Assembly: GCA_963674945.2 (NCBI GenBank)
Contig: CAXXWQ010000003.1
Coordinates: 800,001-864,000, forward strand
Source: an uncultured Desulfosarcina sp.
GTDB lineage: Bacteria > Desulfobacterota > Desulfobacteria > Desulfobacterales > Desulfosarcinaceae
Reading direction: 5' to 3'
Length of the DNA: 64,000 nucleotides
Made by a program: the position numbers and the translations under genes. A model generated the notes under the pieces. It saw nothing but the letters and a program-made list of their open reading frames with translations. It was not told the DNA's origin and made no database searches. Shown one piece after another: positions 31,950 to 42,222 of the stretch. Within the stretch, counting starts at the first letter, position 1. Each line of letters opens with the position of its first letter.

Positions 31950-33700
31950 CCTGAATTTTGCACGCAATTAGCTTTAATTGGCCACGGTGGCCAATTTTTT
32001 CAAAATGACGAAGAGTTCGTTTTCTACTCTAACACATGATCGTTGCCTTTAGTGTGAAGTATACGGTTTGCACGTGTTTCGTTTAACTGCCCATATACAA
32101 AGGAAATTGTCGTGAAAAAAAATTCTTGCATGATATTTTCCCGAGTTACGCAGACGTTCAACATGCCACTTGTCTCCACGGCTTCGGTTTCAATCGCGCT
32201 TGATCCAGGAAGTCGAGAAAATGGATCATCGCGGGCGTTCTCGCATCGTGTACGGAGAACTTGACCTTGTCACGGTTTTGATCTTTGACAACTTTTGCGG
32301 CAATGAAAAGCAGCTTCAACCTGGCGATCCGGATTGTATTGGATGCCACCGTTTTTAAATGCGGCATCTTTTTTCTGTCCTGGCTCATGGCGGCAAGCAT
32401 CTTGATGTAACGCCAAATGTTATACGACAGCACTACAAGTTGAAAGAACGCATAATTGTTTTTGAACTTTGCTGATGGGATGGCCTCAAGCCCTTCACGT
32501 TTGGCCTCACCCACCAGGTTTTCAACGTCAGCGCGTTTATCATACTTGCTGACCACCTCATGGGCCGGCCCTGAAAGGTTCGTGCAGAATATCCGGTATG
32601 TATAGTTGTCGTCTTCAAAGAGTAGGCATTGCACTTGCTGGTTTGAAGTTGATTTGGCTTTCGGTATACGCATGGCCACAAACCGGCACGGGGTATCCCA
32701 ACCAAGGGGCTGATAGACGCAGCTGTTATACTCAACATCCTTGCGTTTCCAGGGCCGATACCAACCTCTCGGATCAAAGGGCGGGTCGCATCTCTTGTTG
32801 GCGATGATGAAGTCATAGCCGCAGTGTCTTGCAGTCTGGACACTTTCCCAGCTCAGGAACTCTCCATCGGCCCGCAGCAGGACTTGGCGAACACAACCGG
32901 GTAAATGGGATTTTGTCTGGAGGATAAAGGCAGCGGTCTGTTTGCCACTGAGTGTTTCACCTTTTCGAAGCTTTCCGATAAGACACTCCCGGGTCTGCTC
33001 AATGAAGCACAGCACCGGACGGTAACCTTTCTTTCCCCGGTTTTTGGTGTTATGGCCTTTCCTGCCTCCTTGCTGATTGCCGTACAGCGTCTCGACGGTG
33101 GTGTCGATATCGATGCATATCCGGTAATAATTGAAACCCAGTTGTTGCCACACCCGTTCTCGCAGAATGCTCATGAGCTTCTGAAGGGACTGGGCTTGGT
33201 TAATTCCCAAGCTGTCAAGGTATCGCCAGAAGGTGCTCGACACCGGCAACTTTGTCAGTCGGAAAAATCCACACAGCATGGCATCGAGTCGGATGTAGGT
33301 AAAATGCCAGATTCTGTTAAAGCCTATAAACAGTAGCATCAGAAGTCCTGCCACCATCGAATAGTGGCCCAGCTTTGGCTGCCGGACAGGCGCATGATAG
33401 GTGGAGTTAAATATTTGTTTGAAATCGATCAAATCGAAAAATTTGATCATCGCTAAAAGCCCGCCAAATGGACTTAGTTGCTCGCTGCATGTCTCATGCG
33501 GCGTAGAAGCGTTGATTTTTCTGGCCTTGGCAGCGTTTTTCTTAAACCCTTTGTTCTTGCGGTTTTTACGGCTTTTTGATTTACTTGATTTTACCATCTG
33601 GGTACCTCCTGTTTTTATTGTGGAAGCATGTCACCTCCCTTTATAACAGGATTCCCAGATGGTTTCTTCCTTATTTATGATTCGTCGTGCAAAATTTAGG
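31950..33700 (-). mobile_element. IS1380-family element (second, distinct)
   Basis: IRs CCTGAATTTTGCACG / CCTAAATTTTGCACG, 5-bp TSD TATCA. Confidence 0.93.
32158..33597 (-). CDS. IS1380-family DDE transposase
   Basis: IDIDTT, LLRADGEF, YDKRADVENLVGEAK motifs. Confidence 0.92.
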   Translation of the reverse strand: MVKSSKSKSRKNRKNKGFKKNAAKARKINASTPHETCSEQLSPFGGLLAMIKFFDLIDFKQIFNSTYHAPVRQPKLGHYSMVAGLLMLLFIGFNRIWHFTYIRLDAMLCGFFRLTKLPVSSTFWRYLDSLGINQAQSLQKLMSILRERVWQQLGFNYYRICIDIDTTVETLYGNQQGGRKGHNTKNRGKKGYRPVLCFIEQTRECLIGKLRKGETLSGKQTAAFILQTKSHLPGCVRQVLLRADGEFLSWESVQTARHCGYDFIIANKRCDPPFDPRGWYRPWKRKDVEYNSCVYQPLGWDTPCRFVAMRIPKAKSTSNQQVQCLLFEDDNYTYRIFCTNLSGPAHEVVSKYDKRADVENLVGEAKREGLEAIPSAKFKNNYAFFQLVVLSYNIWRYIKMLAAMSQDRKKMPHLKTVASNTIRIARLKLLFIAAKVVKDQNRDKVKFSVHDARTPAMIHFLDFLDQARLKPKPWRQVAC

Positions 33701-33969
33701 TATCAACAAACAAATTTGTGCAGTAGTGCAGATTGTTTTTTGGCAACGGCCTCATTTTTAGTGGATCTTAAGAATTTTTTTTCTGCCCCGCGTTGTTTTT
33801 ACCTCCCTGACGTTGAGATTCTTCTCATTCAGAACTGATCAAAAAAACGGAGCACTACTCAATCAAGATCTTTCAACCTGTAAAAAATTCTGACATGTAA
33901 GATTCACAGCAGACGATGACCATAGAAAAAATATAGTATAAAATCATGAATATAAGGATTCAAACGTTT

Positions 33970-33985
33970 TGGTACGCCATTTGCT
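33970..33985 (+). promoter_or_regulatory. Sigma-54 promoter (-24/-12)
   Basis: TGGTAC-GCCAT-TTGCT fits TGGYAC-N5-TTGCW. Confidence 0.6.
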
Positions 33986-34206
33986 GGCATGTTTTGATAG
34001 TGTTTTTGTTCCCCAATCAATACCATAAAAATCCATAGAGAAGATAATGTAGCCAAGAATTTTCAAGTTTTCACAAAAGAAAGCAGTAATCAATCCATAG
34101 TATTTCACCTGTTCGGCGATTTTGATGGGTCATCAGCCTGTTAAATTAATTCAATACTGCGGTAATGCGTAGTCGACAAAAACGATACAGTTAACGGAGA
34201 TAAACG

Positions 34207-34515
34207 ATGAGTATTCAAAAACAGTATCTGAAAAAGAAACCTGTGTGCAAGGTCACTTTTAAAATTTCGGAAAATGTTGAAAATTCAGCGAAAGAAGCGC
34301 ACGTGGTGGGCGAGTTCAACGATTGGTCAACTTCGGCGACACCGATGAAACGATTGAAAAACGGTGCGTTCAGGGCCATTTTGGAATTGGAAAAAGGCCG
34401 GACCTACCAGTTTCGATATTTGTTGGGGCAATCCCACTGGAAAAACGATCCCGATGCCGACGAATATTTACCAACCCCTTTTGGAGACAGTCAGAATTCG
34501 GTAATTCGCGTGTAG
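34207..34515 (+). CDS. Isoamylase early-set (CBM48-like) domain protein
   Basis: CKVTF, VVGEFNDW, YQFRYL, WKNDPDAD, NSVI motifs. Confidence 0.9.
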   Translation: MSIQKQYLKKKPVCKVTFKISENVENSAKEAHVVGEFNDWSTSATPMKRLKNGAFRAILELEKGRTYQFRYLLGQSHWKNDPDADEYLPTPFGDSQNSVIRV

Positions 34516-34636
34516 TGAACCTTTCAGTTCTCTTTCTTGGTGCGGTGCCTTTTCCATATCCATATTGATCTGGTAGGTCATTTTGGCATTGGCACAAGGC
34601 GGGTCAACCATCTTTAAGAAGGAAGGGGGCTGGCAA

Positions 34637-34951
34637 ATGAATACAATTCTAAAAATCATCAGTGGAATTCTTTTAAGTGGTTCGATTACGGGGATCATTA
34701 TGTGTAACAATCCAATGACTTCAAAGATGTCAATTGCCAGCTTCAACAATACCGACACGAATGTTCAACCAGTTAATCCGATTAAATACGAAGACTACCC
34801 AACTGCTATGAGGGTGGTACTCTCACGGGTGATGTTTGACAGTGACGGACAGGCGATTGGGATTCTATTTTCGACATCGAAAAAAGAGTTTTGTGAAAAC
34901 AGAACTGGAGACCCCAAGGGCTTTTTCATCTCAAGGCGAACGGAACAGTAA
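34637..34951 (+). CDS. Hypothetical exported/membrane protein
   Basis: Hydrophobic N-terminus after a GGGGG-type RBS. Confidence 0.4.
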   Translation: MNTILKIISGILLSGSITGIIMCNNPMTSKMSIASFNNTDTNVQPVNPIKYEDYPTAMRVVLSRVMFDSDGQAIGILFSTSKKEFCENRTGDPKGFFISRRTEQ

Positions 34952-35057
34952 CCGGAAAACGCCGCAATCTCATCGAATTAACAGAGGATTTATGGCCGAC
35001 ATCCATTTGGATGTGCTTCTTATAAAACACACATATTCTATAAAAGGAGAACCAGCC

Positions 35058-35519
35058 ATGTTTGATTTGATGCCTTACAGAAAAAGATCCGGAAGAGATC
35101 TGATCAATTTTAGGGATGAAATGGACCATTTGTTCAACCGTTTTTTTGGCATGGAGTCTCCGATCTCGCGACGACTTTTCGGAGATGGGGATTGGGTGCC
35201 GCGGCTTGATATCAGCGAAGCAAAGGACGAAATCACGGTAAAAGTCGAGATTCCGGGTTGTGAGGCCAAAGATATCGATGTGAAGCTTGATGGCCGGACT
35301 TTGAAGATCAGTGGCGAGAAAAAACAGGAGAAGGAAGAAAAGGGTGAAAATTTTCACCGCGTGGAAAGAACTTTTGGCAGTTTCTCCCGCATGGTGGAAC
35401 TGCCCGGTGAAGTCGATGTGAAAGCGATCGAGGCGACTTACAAGGAAGGGGTATTAAAACTGGTCTTCAAAAAAACCGAAACGACGGAAGCAAAAAAGAT
35501 CGAAATTAAAACCAGTTGA
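35058..35519 (+). CDS. Hsp20/alpha-crystallin small heat-shock protein
   Basis: PRLDISE, VEIPG, ERTFGSFSR, ATYKEGVL motifs; AGGAG RBS. Confidence 0.95.
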   Translation: MFDLMPYRKRSGRDLINFRDEMDHLFNRFFGMESPISRRLFGDGDWVPRLDISEAKDEITVKVEIPGCEAKDIDVKLDGRTLKISGEKKQEKEEKGENFHRVERTFGSFSRMVELPGEVDVKAIEATYKEGVLKLVFKKTETTEAKKIEIKTS

Positions 35520-35639
35520 CCTCCTGGCAACCGGTTTTTTCGCAGCACGCCGGAGTTGAATCCTTTCGATGGGTGAAGTGAACGGCGTGCTGCATCGACA
35601 TTGAAGCAGATAGTATGATCCGTTAGAGGAGAAAACATA

Positions 35640-35978
35640 ATGAAGACGCCGGAAAAAAATAAAAGAACCAGATCTATACCGCGAATTTCCACAGATGCTG
35701 TTATTACATGCCGGCCTTTTGACAGCAGCGGATTCATCCATTCTGCCGATGGCATCATGCGCAATTTTTCTAACCAAGGAGTGTATATCGAAACAAATCG
35801 CGAATTCAAATCAGGTGCGATTTTGATCATGCGCATGCTTCGCTATCCGTCTATGCCTTCATCAACAGACGACGGAACACAGCCACGATCAATATGCATA
35901 GCAGAAGTCAAATGGCAGCAAGATTTGACTGACGATAATGCCACTCGTTTTGGCATGGGGTTGCGTTATCTTGACTAA
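35640..35978 (+). CDS. PilZ-like domain protein
   Basis: RSIPR, NFSNQGVYI, AEVKW, FGMGLRY motifs. Confidence 0.8.
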   Translation: MKTPEKNKRTRSIPRISTDAVITCRPFDSSGFIHSADGIMRNFSNQGVYIETNREFKSGAILIMRMLRYPSMPSSTDDGTQPRSICIAEVKWQQDLTDDNATRFGMGLRYLD

Positions 35979-35989
35979 ACGATAAAGAC

Positions 35990-36043
35990 ATGACGAACCA
36001 GTATGAAAACCTCCGAATTCTGGTGGTGACCCCGGAAGTTACT
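35990..36043 (+). pseudogene. N-terminal stub resembling glycogen synthase
   Basis: MTNQYENLRILVVTPEVT, then similarity is lost just before the convergent MCP. Confidence 0.5.
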
Positions 36044-36087
36044 TTTATTTTCATTTTATTTCATCTCCGTTCCTACCGAATTCAAGC

Positions 36088-38283
36088 TTAAAATGTAAAT
36101 TCCGCCGCCATTTTGTTGAGCTCTTCTGCAAAAGCTGAAAGTTCTTTGGCACTGCTGCTGATTTGAGTGCTGCCACTGGCAATCTCTTGGACGGCTTGGT
36201 AAACTTCCTCAATATCCTGGGTAATCGTAACGGATACGTCGCTGCTATCTGTTACGTTCTTATTTAAATTTTCAATGCGTTGGGAGGCCTGTTGGACGTT
36301 TGTTGCAATTTCTTTGCTGACTGTTGACTGTTCCTCCATTGCAGCGGCTATGGTGTTGACGATTTCACTCAGATCGTGGATGATTACAGAAATTTGATCA
36401 ATCTTTCCAACCGTGTCTCTGGTTTTTGATTGAATGGTGGAAATGTTACTGCCGATTTCTTTTGTTGACTCGGCTGTTTGTTTAGCCAAATCTTTAATTT
36501 CATTCGCAACCACTGCAAACCCTTTTCCGGCCTCACCGGCCCGGGCTGCCTCGATTGTAGCGTTGAGAGCAAGTAGATTGGTTTGTTCCGATATTTCGGC
36601 GATTGCCTCTGTAACCTTTCCGATCTGGTCGACGGATGATCCCAATTCATTTACCTGTTTCGAAACTGTTTTTGATTGGTTAACCACGTCGTCGGCAATA
36701 AAGCGGCCTTTTTCCGTGGTCCTGGCAAGTTCTCCTACGGTTGCATGTATCTGTTCGGTAGCAGTTGCGACCAGTTGAACGTTGGTCGAAGCTTCTTGCG
36801 AGGATGAGGCGATACTTTGCAAGTTATTGCTCATATGATCAGCTGCCCCCGCCACGCTCTGGGCCTTCCCCGCACTTTGCTCGGATCCCGATGTCATTTG
36901 ATGTGAAACGGCAGAAAGCTCGTTGGAGGATGATGTCAGTGTTTTCACGCCTTCGGAAATATTTTTTAGCATTCCTCTGAGACTGTCGGACATGTGGTTT
37001 AACGCATTGACCAAGGTCCCGATCTCATCCTTTTGAACGAGATCCAATTTTTGTGAAAAATCGCCTTTTGCCATGGCTGCCGCAAAATCGACCGCTTTTT
37101 GAAGGGGGCTCACAATTCCGACAGAAACAAAACGCCAAACCAAGATGGTGGCGATTATCGTAACGGCTATCACTGCAATCGTTATCGATAGATTCGATCG
37201 GCTTATTGAGTCGATGTGGGCTTTGGATTGATTAAACTCATCACTGTAAGCACCAGCACCAATGATCCAGTCCCAATCCTTGAAATAGGCCAAACGTGCA
37301 ATCTTCAAGCGAGGATCTGGATCTTCCGGATTTTGCCAATCGTAGCTATGCTCGGCAGTTTGCCCGGGTTTTAGGGAGAGTGCTTTTTTGCATATTTCTT
37401 TAATGGGGTAGCCCCCATTGGCGTCTTTGACCTCGAATATGTTTTTTCCATCCTGTTCGCCGTTTTTTGAAATCACATAATGTCCCTTGGAATCGAAGAC
37501 ATAAACATATCCTGTTTTTCCAACTTTGGTGTCGATAATCGCCTGCCGCAAACTTTTTACACTTTCCTGAGGAATGCCGACATAAAGCATTCCAATCACC
37601 CGTTTGCCTGAATCAAAAATTGGCTCATAGGCGGTAATATACCACTGGTCCACAACGAATGCCCTCCCACGGAAGGTTTTTCCTTGTAAAACCTGTGAAA
37701 CAACCGGATTGGGATTTCCATCAGGATTAATCTTGGGTATGAAAGTGCCGATCGCGCGCGTACCATCTTTATTTATCACATTGGTTGAAATACGTAGCAT
37801 ATCTCCAACATCATTCATACGCTGGAAAATCGTACATGTCCCCCCGGCAATCTTTTTTACTTTGTCGACCATCGGAGATGGTTCATTCATGCTTGTAGTT
37901 TTTCCCAGCCACCTTTCGCCGAGGTTGAATTTTGGTAATTGAATGGACTGGACGGACTTTGTAAACTGGTTCACCGCCCTCCACTGTACAGTCTCTTCCG
38001 AAAAGCCCGCTTCTCCCGAATGGCTCAAAACCTCACGCGCCATGTTCAGGGAGTGGTCCACCATTTCTTGAACAACCTCTTGGTGGGCTTTGCACATGGC
38101 ATATACCCCTTGGACGATGTGGTCTAGGTCATTGGTGGCAATTGTGTTGATCTCTTGGTTAAAAACAGCGGATTTTTTATCTGACAAGAAAAAAGAGGTG
38201 CAAACTACGAGCAACAAGGGAATAACGCTAAGTGCAAGACCATAAGTTCGAAGCCGATTTTGCAAACGTAAATTTTTCAACAT
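36088..38283 (-). CDS. Methyl-accepting chemotaxis protein (Cache-HAMP-MA)
   Basis: [31 protein letters not shown]; two TM helices; start at 38283 follows GAGGA. Confidence 0.96.
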   Translation of the reverse strand: MLKNLRLQNRLRTYGLALSVIPLLLVVCTSFFLSDKKSAVFNQEINTIATNDLDHIVQGVYAMCKAHQEVVQEMVDHSLNMAREVLSHSGEAGFSEETVQWRAVNQFTKSVQSIQLPKFNLGERWLGKTTSMNEPSPMVDKVKKIAGGTCTIFQRMNDVGDMLRISTNVINKDGTRAIGTFIPKINPDGNPNPVVSQVLQGKTFRGRAFVVDQWYITAYEPIFDSGKRVIGMLYVGIPQESVKSLRQAIIDTKVGKTGYVYVFDSKGHYVISKNGEQDGKNIFEVKDANGGYPIKEICKKALSLKPGQTAEHSYDWQNPEDPDPRLKIARLAYFKDWDWIIGAGAYSDEFNQSKAHIDSISRSNLSITIAVIAVTIIATILVWRFVSVGIVSPLQKAVDFAAAMAKGDFSQKLDLVQKDEIGTLVNALNHMSDSLRGMLKNISEGVKTLTSSSNELSAVSHQMTSGSEQSAGKAQSVAGAADHMSNNLQSIASSSQEASTNVQLVATATEQIHATVGELARTTEKGRFIADDVVNQSKTVSKQVNELGSSVDQIGKVTEAIAEISEQTNLLALNATIEAARAGEAGKGFAVVANEIKDLAKQTAESTKEIGSNISTIQSKTRDTVGKIDQISVIIHDLSEIVNTIAAAMEEQSTVSKEIATNVQQASQRIENLNKNVTDSSDVSVTITQDIEEVYQAVQEIASGSTQISSSAKELSAFAEELNKMAAEFTF

Positions 38284-38363
38284 CTCTCTTTCCTCATTGA
38301 TTTTAAACAAAATTAGATAGCACCAATACAGATAATAGGGAGATAACATACGATTGAGATTTC

Positions 38364-38390
38364 AAATCGGCACAAATGTTCAGAACTTTA
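38364..38390 (-). promoter_or_regulatory. Sigma-28 (FliA) promoter for the MCP gene
   Basis: TAAA-N15-GCCGATTT on the minus strand. Confidence 0.7.
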
Positions 38391-38591
38391 TGAGAAAATC
38401 TATAAAAATATTCGCTGACATTGAAAAGGCGATATCTTGGCTCGCCAACGATGATAATGAATTCGAAGCATTAATCAATTTTGTGAATAAAATAATCAAT
38501 AACGATCGTATACCAAGAATACGATGAATCAAACAAGCCACTATCCTTTCAAAACAATTCTTTTATTCGTAACTACGGGAGGTTAATACTT

Positions 38592-39074
38592 ATGAAAACA
38601 ATCAAAGGAGATCTGATCAAACTGGCCTTGGCCGGCCGGTTCGACATGATAATTCACGGATGCAACTGTTTCCATACCATGGGCGCCGGGATCGCCAAAC
38701 AGATCCGGAAAACCTTCCCAATCGCATATGAAGTGGATTTGGAAACCGAATATGGTTCAAGAAAGAAACTTGGCACCTTTTCATATATAATCGATATTCC
38801 CCGGAAACTCGTGATCGTCAATGCCTATACCCAGTATAATTTCCGAGGCCGGCGAAACGTTGATTATGTCGCCATTCGCAAAGCTTTCCGGGCAATTCGC
38901 CAGGCAATTCGCCAGGCAATTCGAAATTTTGACTTCGGCCAAAACTTTCCGATTGAGCGGATTGGTTATCCAAAGATCGGTGCCGGACTTGCCGGTGGTG
39001 ATTGGAATATCATTTCAAAGATTATCGAAGATGAACTGTTTGATCTGGACCACACCTTGGTTGAACTTCCATAA
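38592..39074 (+). CDS. Phage-type macrodomain protein
   Basis: IKGDL, HGCNCFHTMGAGIA, NAYTQY, PKIGAGLAGGDW motifs. Confidence 0.92.
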   Translation: MKTIKGDLIKLALAGRFDMIIHGCNCFHTMGAGIAKQIRKTFPIAYEVDLETEYGSRKKLGTFSYIIDIPRKLVIVNAYTQYNFRGRRNVDYVAIRKAFRAIRQAIRQAIRNFDFGQNFPIERIGYPKIGAGLAGGDWNIISKIIEDELFDLDHTLVELP

Positions 39075-39135
39075 CGTACTTTTTTCAGGGAATTGAGATT
39101 TATCCCTACGCAAAACCACAATCACATCATTCTAT

Positions 39136-39261
39136 CAACCTTCGCACCAGGCCATCCCGTAACGACACCCAAAGTGCAAGTGACGAGGCCGAGATATCGT
39201 CACCGGGCAGAATTATCTCAGTGGGTTTTCCACCGGACGCGGTGAAAACACTCGAAGGTTG
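39136..39261. ncRNA. Candidate structured RNA of unknown family
   Basis: 9-bp closing stem, two internal hairpins and a possible 6-bp pseudoknot in a GC-richer intergenic patch. Confidence 0.45.
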
Positions 39262-39372
39262 CGGAAAAGAAAGGAGAATTTGTAATGCCGGAATTGGACG
39301 CTTTTATTGAACCATTTTTTTCTCAAATCACCACTTGCAAATAAACCATTGTTGAATTGATTTGGAGGGTAA

Positions 39373-39969
39373 ATGAAAGCCATTGTCGAATTGAAAAAAG
39401 ATATCGTAAGAGATTTGATTCAGGACTATTTCAAAAAACAAACTGGAACCGAATTTTCCTGCGCCAAAATTGCCATTGAATTCGAAGATGAGAATATGAC
39501 GGAAATTTCTCGTTTCATTGCCGAAATTGATCTCGAAAAACATTGTCCATCTTTTAAAACAGAAAAAAACCAAAGATCTGAACCTCTTGGCCCTTCAAAT
39601 AACGACATCATCGAAGATTGTGAATTCTGTAAAGAAGTAGGAAACCATGCATCAAACAAGAAATTGTTCGATTTTCCCCAAAAGCCGTTAGGCATGTTAC
39701 CGGGATGTAGTAGATTGAATCGCAGTTATGACGCTAAAACAAGCAAATGTCGAAAATGTGAATATGCCAAAAGATGTAGGAGCATGTTGGGGAAATACCT
39801 TCAATCAGCATTATGTTTATTGAACGATTTGGAATTTGTTGTAAAAAAACCTGCGTGTTTCGGCATGGGATCAAACAAGAGATTAGTCAGATGTAAACAC
39901 TGTGCAATTACAGAATATTGTGATCTTCAACGCGCCATATCTCTTGATTCAAAAAAAATGGCGGCATAA
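39373..39969 (+). CDS. Cys-rich hypothetical protein
   Basis: GGAGG RBS; three CxxC motifs. Confidence 0.65.
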   Translation: MKAIVELKKDIVRDLIQDYFKKQTGTEFSCAKIAIEFEDENMTEISRFIAEIDLEKHCPSFKTEKNQRSEPLGPSNNDIIEDCEFCKEVGNHASNKKLFDFPQKPLGMLPGCSRLNRSYDAKTSKCRKCEYAKRCRSMLGKYLQSALCLLNDLEFVVKKPACFGMGSNKRLVRCKHCAITEYCDLQRAISLDSKKMAA

Positions 39970-39984
39970 AAAAAGAGGACGGTA

Positions 39985-40206
39985 ATGAAAAAAAAACAGT
40001 TTAAAGATGAAAGCGACTACGACCTCACCCATCGACAAATCTATAAGGCAATCTGGGCCGCCAAACTCTCGACCAATTTCATCCGAGAACATTTTGTTTT
40101 GACCGAAGATACCCATCAAGACGGATCACTCCGGCGGTTTTACATGATCAGCGATGAAGGCTACAAAGCCATTGAACCTCATTTGATAAACGAAAGGAGG
40201 ACATAG
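39985..40206 (+). CDS. Small hypothetical protein
   Basis: GAGGA RBS, 73 aa. Confidence 0.6.
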   Translation: MKKKQFKDESDYDLTHRQIYKAIWAAKLSTNFIREHFVLTEDTHQDGSLRRFYMISDEGYKAIEPHLINERRT

Positions 40207-40242
40207 AAAGTAGAATATTATTAATCCCCATGAACCCTTAAT

Positions 40243-40276
40243 GCCCCGGCTACGGCCGGGGCGCCCTTTTTATTTA
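40243..40276 (+). terminator. Intrinsic terminator
   Basis: GCCCCGGC-TACG-GCCGGGGC hairpin followed by a T-rich tail. Confidence 0.7.
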
Positions 40277-40464
40277 TTCGGTTTTTTCTTTATTCCAACA
40301 GTTCATCCTAATGAATTGCTGGGAATTGATGGGCAAAATCATCTCTTGCACATGAATAACCGCATTATTATCGACAAAAGACTTGATATTAATTATATTT
40401 ATATGATGTATGGATATCGATTATCTGATTCAAATTGCATAAAAAATATGTTTGAGGTGATCCA

Positions 40465-40671
40465 ATGAGCACATTTACCGCCGTTATCCACAAAGAAAAC
40501 GATCTCTATGTCGCCCAGTGTCCTGAGATCGGAACGGCCAGCCAGGGTGAAACCATTGAAGAAGCCGTCAATAACCTTCAGGAAGCGACAGAGCTTTATT
40601 TAGAGGAATTCCCGATTAAGACGAGCTTTCGCCCGATCATGACCACCTTCGAGGTACCAACCCATGCCTGA
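40465..40671 (+). CDS. hicB: HicB-family antitoxin (short form)
   Basis: YVAQCPE, ASQGETIEEAVNNLQEA motifs. Confidence 0.92.
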   Translation: MSTFTAVIHKENDLYVAQCPEIGTASQGETIEEAVNNLQEATELYLEEFPIKTSFRPIMTTFEVPTHA

Positions 40672-40888
40672 ACTTCCCAGAATTTCTGGAGATGAGGCTA
40701 TCAAGGTTTTTACCCGACTTGGATTTTATGAGGTCCGCCAAAAAGGCAGCCATGTGGTCATGAGGCGGCAAGACAAGGGGTGTGTGATACCGCGTCACAA
40801 AGAACTTGCCCTTGGCACTCTTCGAAGCGCCATCAGGCAGGCCGGTCTTACCATCGAGGAATTTATTGAAGCCTACAGCAAAAAGTAA
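40664..40888 (+). CDS. hicA: HicA-family mRNase toxin
   Basis: LGFYEVRQKGSH, IPRHKELALGTLRSAIRQAG motifs. Confidence 0.93.
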   Translation: MPELPRISGDEAIKVFTRLGFYEVRQKGSHVVMRRQDKGCVIPRHKELALGTLRSAIRQAGLTIEEFIEAYSKK

Positions 40889-40965
40889 TCCTTCAGCTCT
40901 GCTGAGGTTGAAATCGGGAACGTCCATTGCCATAACATGGAGGTTGGTGCATAGAAAGGGTTTTT

Positions 40966-41544
40966 ATGTCAGGTAATGGAAAATATACGCTCAAACCGTC
41001 AGAAGTGAAAAAGCTTCTTTTTTGCTGTGAAGACTTACGAGAAAGGATTATTGTCCGCTTAATGGTTCATTGTGGGTTGCGACGGGAAGAAGTCGCAAAT
41101 CTACTCATCGATCGAATCGATTGGAACAGAAATCGGATCTCTTTTATTGGTAAAGGGCGCCTGGCCGGCATCGTCCCGGTCCCCCCGGATCTTCTGCAAG
41201 ACATCAAATTCTTTATTGCCAACCGAAGATCCGGATATTTGTTTCCCGCAAAAAAACGGAAGAACGCCCCTTTGACGATCGTTCAAATTAACCGTATCGT
41301 CACCGAAGTCGGACGGCGCGCAAACTTGAGATCTCCCAACCCCAACACTAAGACGGGAAATATTAACCCGCATCTGCTGCGACATACATTCTGCCGTCTA
41401 TGCAAAGACTCCAAATTGAACATTGAAGAAGTTCAAGGCCTTATGCGACACAAATCATTCAAGACTACTTACGATATTTATGGCACTTTAAATTTTGATG
41501 AAATTCAAAAACGATATGAAGAAAAATTCCTCACCAGCATTTAA
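40966..41544 (+). CDS. Short tyrosine recombinase (catalytic domain only)
   Basis: GLRREE (R), GKG (K), HLLRH, MRH and TYDIY (Y) in 192 aa. Confidence 0.9.
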   Translation: MSGNGKYTLKPSEVKKLLFCCEDLRERIIVRLMVHCGLRREEVANLLIDRIDWNRNRISFIGKGRLAGIVPVPPDLLQDIKFFIANRRSGYLFPAKKRKNAPLTIVQINRIVTEVGRRANLRSPNPNTKTGNINPHLLRHTFCRLCKDSKLNIEEVQGLMRHKSFKTTYDIYGTLNFDEIQKRYEEKFLTSI

Positions 41545-41829
41545 TTCATTCCTGATTGATTTAGGACCGCCTATCAAGGTTCGTTGTCGTATATGTAAAG
41601 AATGGTGTGATTCCATCCCCTTATCCGATTTTACAATGTTCTTTTGCAAATCGATATTTTGCACCAATGTATTTGAATTACGGTATCAAAAAGATGGTAC
41701 TTGGGAACCACACAATTATGGTTCCCAAGTAGATTTTTCCGTGGAAAAAGAAAAACAAGCTTTCATGAGTCTTTTACGAAAGCCTCAAAAAACCCGCAAT
41801 GTATTTATTCCACGTATTATTAAATAATT

Positions 41830-42222
41830 TCAATTCGTTATTTCGATAATTTCTTTTATGATATTTTTATGGCAAGATGTATAAGGTATATGAAGTGTGA
41901 AGTGTTTTCCACATGGAAGTTCATAATTGATGGGAGGATTTTTCCTTTTATGTCTCTGATATTCTAATATAATTTCTTTTTTAAATTCCAATTCATCCAA
42001 AAAAAATTCAAAAACAATCGCACCCCGATCATGAAGAACTGCTGTATATAATTGATCTTCACATATACGATAATAACCGTTTAAAAAGGTTTCCCCTTGA
42101 TACCAATCAAATTGAGCAAATTCATCATGTTCAAGAAATGAAATTCCCACTTTGATTTTCTTTTTATCTTCGTTTTCATTATCAATTTGACATCTTCGAT
42201 TGAACATAATTCCTGGTTTCAT
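41830..42222 (-). CDS. AT-rich hypothetical protein
   Basis: AAGGAG RBS before MKPGIMFNRR. Confidence 0.5.
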   Translation of the reverse strand: MKPGIMFNRRCQIDNENEDKKKIKVGISFLEHDEFAQFDWYQGETFLNGYYRICEDQLYTAVLHDRGAIVFEFFLDELEFKKEIILEYQRHKRKNPPINYELPCGKHFTLHIPYTSCHKNIIKEIIEITN

